NCBI GenBank assembly: GCA_030740155.1
Contig: JASLXV010000008.1
Coordinates: 42,474 to 106,473 of the forward strand
DNA: 64,000 nucleotides
From: Dehalococcoidia bacterium
Lineage (GTDB): Bacteria; Chloroflexota; Dehalococcoidia; Lucifugimonadales; UBA3495
Direction of reading: 5' to 3'
Shown: positions 58,200 to 64,000 of the stretch, piece by piece
Position numbering within the stretch: position 1 is the stretch's first letter
Layout of the letters: each line of letters starts with the position of its first letter
Made by a program: the position numbers and the translations under genes
Notes under the pieces: model-generated
Database searches by the model: none
Told to the model about the DNA's origin: nothing
Seen by the model: only the letters and a program-made list of their open reading frames with translations

Positions 58200-58628
58200 T
58201 CAGGCGACCACCTGCCACTCATGGACCATCTGGCCGTTACTCGTCTCTTCAAAAATCATCTTCACCGGGGCCCCAACGGGGACTTCGCCCGCCGGAGTTC
58301 CGGGAAGGTTCGACAAAAAGTTGATTCCAGGGTCCTCGTCCAGGGTTATCACCGCGAAGTTGATCGGCTGCGCCCCCCGGAACCCCCGGATACGGGAGTC
58401 GCGGATTACGAAGAACACGTCTATGTGTCCCTTTCCAGGCACCTCTTTCCAAGCCATATGGTCGGCTGAGCCACACTTCTTGCACTTCTCGATGGGCGGA
58501 TAATGCAGCCTCTCGCAACCAGTGCAGTTCTGCAAGACCAGCCGCCCCTCATTACAGGCGTCCCAAAAGGGCTTGGTCAGCTCATTGGGAACCGGGGCGG
58601 GTCTCTCCAGGCCTGGGATCGTTGACAT
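58200..58628 (-). CDS. DUF35 Zn-ribbon/OB-fold protein
   Basis: TKPFWDAC.EGRLVLQNCTGC...PP...CKKCGS, VGAPV..IFE; GGAGGAGG RBS. Confidence 0.9.
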   Translation of the reverse strand: MSTIPGLERPAPVPNELTKPFWDACNEGRLVLQNCTGCERLHYPPIEKCKKCGSADHMAWKEVPGKGHIDVFFVIRDSRIRGFRGAQPINFAVITLDEDPGINFLSNLPGTPAGEVPVGAPVKMIFEETSNGQMVHEWQVVA

Positions 58629-58892
58629 GGTCCTCCTCCCTTGTGGGGTCTTGCGCACGGCGCGTCACCGTTGACGGCCCAATCCGGCGCGAATTATAGG
58701 CAAAGTACGGTTGCTGGTCAAGGATGCGGGTCAACTCCAGGTCATTTTTTAGTCCGTCCCGGCGAGGGTCACGAAGCAAGATCGAGGGCAGCTTATTTCA
58801 GATACAAAAAAGTGTTGGCCGGCTTGATATGTCCTCGCGAGGATTGGAGGAAAAGCAATCTCTGGGGACGAGAGAGACTTCTGAAGGTGCCT

Positions 58893-59252
58893 CTAATCCT
58901 GCGTCGTTCTCCCGTTAATCCATGGCTCGGTAACGCCGGCATCCATCCAGACGAAATGGAACCCTGCTTCCAGGGCAAACTGGCGATCCAACTCCGTATC
59001 GCCTATATGGTAGTACTCCTCAGCCGGGAAGCGAGACTTAATGTCTGGGAGACTCTGTTTATGCGATACAAAACTCACCTGGATGCTGTATTTGTCCCAA
59101 ATGGCCTGCTGTACTGGAAGCGGACGGTCTGAGGCGCTACCGATAATGCACCCGTGAGCCTCAGCCTTCCTCACCATGCCCATTGAAATAGGCCCCGGTG
59201 GATCTCCTGCTTCTAGCGTTCCATCTATATCGAAACTGACCAGTATTGCCAA
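58893..59252 (-). CDS. Minimal HAD-superfamily hydrolase
   Basis: SFDIDGTL, SASDR, K, HIGDT..D. Confidence 0.85.
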   Translation of the reverse strand: MAILVSFDIDGTLEAGDPPGPISMGMVRKAEAHGCIIGSASDRPLPVQQAIWDKYSIQVSFVSHKQSLPDIKSRFPAEEYYHIGDTELDRQFALEAGFHFVWMDAGVTEPWINGRTTQD

Positions 59253-60540
59253 ATATGCCCTCTCTTCCCGGTTATGGCTCGGACACGATCGCCCAGGTAA
59301 ACCTTTAAAGGCCCAAGAGACGAACCCAAAACTCCATGCTTGTAACTGGACCGTTTGGAACGTCGCATTGAAACCCTTTTACGGCCTGCCAAAGGATTCC
59401 CGCATGAGCTACCCCCAGCCCTGCAAGAGCCGAGGAGGATAATGTTGAGTCTAACACCGATGTCCAAACCATTGTCAATTTCGTCTCCGCCGTGAGTCAC
59501 AGGTAAGGCGACAAACGAGTTCAAGACAATCGAGGAGCTAGGACAGGAGTCCGTGGCAATTGGTGGCTTCAAGTAGAGGGAAGGCGAACCTCGCCAGCGA
59601 CAAGAAACACCCCGCAGGGGGATCTGCAGGGATACGCCTTGAGGAGATCACACCGGGAAGGGGAAGGTCAACAAGTGCGAACCCGGGATGCACTGGGATA
59701 TTACGTCCGGTAGAGCGCCCAGCAAGTGCCGACCGCCTTCTTGGAGGAGGAGGTAGGCGCGCGCCCGGGCCGCCGCCTTCACCAGTGAAATGGACCTCAC
59801 CAACCGGGCAGGCTTGAGGTAGCCTTTCGCAACGGCCGCCCAGGGCTCCTATAACAGCCGCCGGCAAATCGTCGACACTATTTGCAGGTGCTGACGGTCA
59901 AACGTGGCGGCCTTGCAACCTCACTGCAGACCTGGCTCCGCCCGCCAGTGCCTCGGTTGAGGGACTCCTGCGGAGGTGTTCCTGGAGTTATTTTCGACCG
60001 TTCCCGTGGCCCTCACGGAACCTGATCACTCCGCTTTTCACAAATAATATATATTGCTAATTGAGATTAAGGAACTTTCGCATGTTTGTCAATGTTTTGC
60101 CATTTGTCACAGGTATACCGTTGTCACTCGGCCACTGTAATGAGCTTCACAATGTATGTTTCGCAATAATAGTAAGTGATTCGTATTATTGCTTACCGAT
60201 GGGTCTACTTCCTTCGTCCTCGTGACCCGTCCCGATCCTCTTTATTGTTGATCCGGCCTCAGGAGCGGGACGCATATTTAGCCACCCGTCCGAATTTCCG
60301 GTCCACCTCGCTAGAAAGGAGATCGCCTTGCGCCGTAGCCACGGAAGGCGCATAATCCGGCGAGTCAGATGGCCTTGTTTTCGGGTCGACGTTGAAGTGT
60401 CCCAGGCTCGCTCGGGCGCATCACTGACCAACTGCTGAAGCCAGCATTGACCCGCCTCATCAAAGATGCGTGAGGGCCCTATTCCGCCGATCATCGGAAC
60501 GGGCCGCCCTCGGTGAAAAGCGTTGCCCAAGGAGGCTCCC

Positions 60541-61320
60541 ATGGAGCTTGCCGGCCAAGTTGCTGTTATAACGGGAGCCGGACGAGGGATCGGCCGCGCG
60601 ATCGCCCTGGCTTTTGCCAAGGAGGGCGCCGACTTGGTGCTGGCTTCCCGGGCCGAGCAGGCGCTGCACGAAACCCGTAGATCAATCGAGGAACTCGGGC
60701 GGGAAGGGCTTGTCGTGCCCACGGACATCAGCCGGCCCGCCAGTGTACAGAACCTTGCAGAGCAGACGCTGGAGCATTTCGGCCGCGTGGATGTCCTGGT
60801 GAACAATAGTGGGGTCACCGGTCCGTCGTCTCCTTTGTGGGAGATTGATCCTGAAGATTGGGAGCAGACCTTTGCGGTCAACGTGACCGGCACCTATCTT
60901 TGCTGCCGGGCGTTCCTTCCCTCTATGATCGAGCGGCGGTCCGGATCGGTGATTATTATCGGTTCCATGACAGGGAAACGTCTTTTGCGGGGACGGACTC
61001 CGTACTCGGCGAGCAAGATGGCTCTCGTCGGCCTAGCGAGGACACTGGCCCTGGAGACCGGCCCCTATGGCGTCCGGGTGAATGTGATTTCTCCGGGAGC
61101 CGTGGAAGGCGAGCGCATCGAATGGGTGATCCGCAAGCAGGCGGAAGGCCGGGGAATCAGTCGTGATGAGGCGAGGCAGGAGTTCGCAAGGGAGTCCCCA
61201 CTGGAGCGGCTGGTCCCGCCCGACGACGTTGCCGCGGCCGCTGTTTTCCTGGCCTCAAGCCGGGCCGGTTCGATAACCGGTGAGGACATGAATGTATCGG
61301 CTGGACTCGTGACCTACTGA
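60541..61320 (+). CDS. SDR family oxidoreductase
   Basis: TGAGRGIG, NNSG, YSASK, VNVISPG. Confidence 0.93.
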   Translation: MELAGQVAVITGAGRGIGRAIALAFAKEGADLVLASRAEQALHETRRSIEELGREGLVVPTDISRPASVQNLAEQTLEHFGRVDVLVNNSGVTGPSSPLWEIDPEDWEQTFAVNVTGTYLCCRAFLPSMIERRSGSVIIIGSMTGKRLLRGRTPYSASKMALVGLARTLALETGPYGVRVNVISPGAVEGERIEWVIRKQAEGRGISRDEARQEFARESPLERLVPPDDVAAAAVFLASSRAGSITGEDMNVSAGLVTY

Positions 61321-61374
61321 GCACAATAGAAGAATGACGGAGGGACCGGCCAAAATCCGGTTGGGCTGCCCCGG

Positions 61375-62640
61375 TTATGTCTCGGTTCGAGCCGGTGTCG
61401 GCTGGATCAACGGGCGGGTGATCAGAGAGGTGAAGACCAGTGCCGGCACAGTTAACAGCAGGCCCGCAATGGCGTTGGCGGATATTGCTCCCCGAATGGA
61501 GAATACCGCGGCCAATGCGCCTATTTCCAGCGCGCCCAGTGGCGTGCCGACGCCGATGCAGAAACTGAGCAATCCCATCATACGTCCCCGCATCCCCTGG
61601 GGAGCCGCCAGCATGGTGATGGTGCTTTGCATGGTGCTGAACCCAGACTGACCTATCCCTCCGATTGCCCGGATAACGAAAGCCAGGGTATACCACGGCG
61701 ACCAGACGAAGATCAAAGTCAGCGCCAGGACGGCCACCGACCCGGCCACGAAAACCCGTCCGTGGAAACGAACCCTACGGGTAATAGACATCAGGCCGGC
61801 GCCGCCGAGCTGGCCAAAGCCCTCGGCCGCTACCAACAGCCCCACCAGGGTTGCCCCCACCCCCAGATGGTCCCGGCCGATAGCCGGTATGAACTGCTGG
61901 ACCGGAAATGCCAGGGCATTCATCAAGATGGTAACGTAAAGCAACCCCACGAGCATCGGGCTCCGGACCGCATAGCCTATAGCTTCGCCCAAGCTGCGCA
62001 AAACAGACACATCCAGGCGGCTGGTTTGCTGGAGTGGAATCCGAAGCCGCGCTACCATGCCCAGGTTGAGCGTGTGCACCGCCAGAACGACGACGTAGGC
62101 CCCCGAGAAATCCACCGTGTCCAGCAACACGCCTCCCAACAGAGGGCCGGCAATCTTGCCGGCGGTATTGCTGATCACGTCCAGAGAAAGGGCATTAACC
62201 AGTCTCCTTTCGCCGACTATATCCATGATGGCGGTGCGGCGAGAAGGGTCCTCTATGGTTTTGGCGGCGCCTTGCACGGTAATAGCCAGGAATACGTGCC
62301 ATGGTCTGAGCAGATCAAAGTCGAATGCAATCACGTAGAGGATGAGGGCCACCGTCAAGGTTTTGACCAACTGGGCTGCAAACAGAATTCGGTGGCGGTT
62401 GACCCGGTCTGCCAGGAGGCCGGAAAATAAGGAAATCAGAGGCCTGGGAAGGTTATTGAAGACCAGGACGAGGCCCAATTGGAGATAAGAGTCGGTAACC
62501 TGCAGGATTAGCCAACTCAGGACCAGCAGCTCCATGCGGCGGGCAAATTCATGAAGTGTGCCCACCCACCAGATCAGCCGGAAATCGGCATTTCGCAGGA
62601 CGGCAGAGACCGGAGAGCCCCCGCGACGTTGTGGCTCCAA
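61375..62640 (-). CDS. MFS transporter
   Basis: LRNADFRLIW, GLLADRVNR, MRGRMMG; many TM segments. Confidence 0.9.
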   Translation of the reverse strand: MEPQRRGGSPVSAVLRNADFRLIWWVGTLHEFARRMELLVLSWLILQVTDSYLQLGLVLVFNNLPRPLISLFSGLLADRVNRHRILFAAQLVKTLTVALILYVIAFDFDLLRPWHVFLAITVQGAAKTIEDPSRRTAIMDIVGERRLVNALSLDVISNTAGKIAGPLLGGVLLDTVDFSGAYVVVLAVHTLNLGMVARLRIPLQQTSRLDVSVLRSLGEAIGYAVRSPMLVGLLYVTILMNALAFPVQQFIPAIGRDHLGVGATLVGLLVAAEGFGQLGGAGLMSITRRVRFHGRVFVAGSVAVLALTLIFVWSPWYTLAFVIRAIGGIGQSGFSTMQSTITMLAAPQGMRGRMMGLLSFCIGVGTPLGALEIGALAAVFSIRGAISANAIAGLLLTVPALVFTSLITRPLIQPTPARTET

Positions 62641-63044
62641 AGGAGCGGACCTCCGTTTTCAGGCGACCCGGCCACCGACTTTACATTGATGGGCCGCTAA
62701 TATGCATCAGTCTCGCTAGAAACTCGCGGTGGGTACACTCGGTCCATCGGTTGTCATTGCCCTCTTCCGCTGTCCCGCATCGGCCAAAGAAGATATTCAG
62801 GCTCCCGTATCGGATGGCGATGGTAGCGGGTTTGTTAGCCTTCCGGCGAAGTTAGAAAAGCCAGTGGCGGACGTGGTTTCGGTCCAGACCGGCCGAGCTG
62901 GGTGGGCCGAAATTTCAGGCGAAGCCGGGAAGGCCGCGGCCGGAAGAAGGCCCATGAACAACCCGCTTGAGCGCATCGGAGACCATGGCAACTCTCCCGG
63001 AAAAAGCTGCCTGCCGCTTTGCAAACATGCAGCAATTTGTCAAT

Positions 63045-63090
63045 TGGTGGCAACGAAGGGATTCGAACCCATGACCTAGCGCTTATGAAG
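63045..63090 (-). mobile_element. 3' fragment of tRNA-Met(CAU), probable att site of an integrated element
   Basis: CTTCATAAGCGCTAGGTCATGGGTTCGAATCCCTTCGTTGCCACCA covers anticodon loop through CCA only; 5' half absent. Confidence 0.75.
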
Positions 63091-63937
63091 TATTCACGTA
63101 AATGCGAACTAGACAGTGGTAAGTATCCGTATAGATCGCTGCCTACAGCAGTTGCGAATTAGACCAATTAGCCACACATTCAAAACCCAGCCTGCCCTGC
63201 TCAACACTGCCATTCTACACTACTAGTGGCCCCGGCGGCTTCGTTTCGAGAAATCCAGCCTTCCCGGCTCGATTCTAACAGGTTGTCGGCAGTTCTTCAT
63301 GGCTGGTACGATTCAGACACCTTGCAACTGATACGGCCTCATTGCCCATCGCTGGCCGCTTAGATCCAGTCCCTTTTTGGACTACTACCACCGGCTGAAG
63401 CGGGGTGACCCGGTGATCACCGTCTCTGGGGATTGCAAAGGGCACCAGGGCATCATCCATAGCGGTGTGTTCCAGTGGACCAACCCGAGATGATCGTCAC
63501 GCGGTCCCCGCGCCGGGATCGACGGTAGTGCCCATCCGAAAACGCTATCGAAGGCTCCCGCTACCCGGCGAGCGGCGGATCAGAGGTATCGTCGCCGACC
63601 TGGAGCACCAACTGGGCAGCGGGCCCAGAGGCCTCAGGCCAGCCAGCAGATGCTCAGGACGGAACTCAGAAGCCCGGAGACAAGCCCAGGGAGTATGGGG
63701 CATATGGAGGGTAGGCGAGGGTCCCGCGGGTGTTTACGGCAGTTTAGGACGTGCTTTAGAGAGATCGTCTGTGTGGTCCCGCCCGGCAGGACGTGGGCCA
63801 GCACATGCCGCATCACCCGGGTCGAGATTCGGACGACCCTCTTACCTCGGGCGGCGACGACTCCTCCTCCGCTGTCTGGGTCCCGGTTTCGCTGACGTCC
63901 TACCCCTGCCCGTGACGGGCAAGAGGGTCGCGCAAAA

Positions 63938-63990
63938 TGTCGCCGTCAAGGGAAAATGTCAGGGTTTTCGGTCAAGGGATTATGTCAGTT
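63938..63990. mobile_element. Possible IS terminus with internal direct repeats
   Basis: Begins TGT; GTCAAGGGAAAATGTCAG (63945-62) and GTCAAGGGATTATGTCAG (63971-88), 26-bp period. Confidence 0.45.
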
Positions 63991-64000
63991 GCGTTTACTC

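Overview
GC-rich bacterial chromosomal segment. The gene content (three luciferase-like/F420 oxidoreductases, an enolase-superfamily dehydratase, a CoA-transferase, PAC2, P/T-rich lipoproteins, a small Zn-ribbon protein) suggests Chloroflexota, probably Dehalococcoidia/SAR202; this is inference, not a database result. Core genes: rny (partial), dnaJ-prmA, ribH, trpS, hspR-grpE-dnaK and tRNA-Gln. Other loci: an ino1-pimA-like-pgsA-like inositol-lipid operon, an atypical kinase/PP2C pair, a MoxR-DUF58-DUF4129 operon and many catabolic enzymes. The top candidate for an undescribed system is a two-gene unit at 23.4-25.8 kb encoding a tetraether-synthase (Tes/GDGT-MAS, MJ0619)-like radical SAM enzyme and a Cys-bearing ArsM-like methyltransferase. 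Also notable: a luciferase-like monooxygenase next to a 6-oxocamphor-hydrolase-like C-C hydrolase, several pseudogenes with readable lesions, MITE-like hairpin elements often abutting CTAG stop codons, and a tRNA-Met 3' fragment (att-like) marking a probable island edge at the right end. All family calls come from motif recognition by eye; no searches were run.
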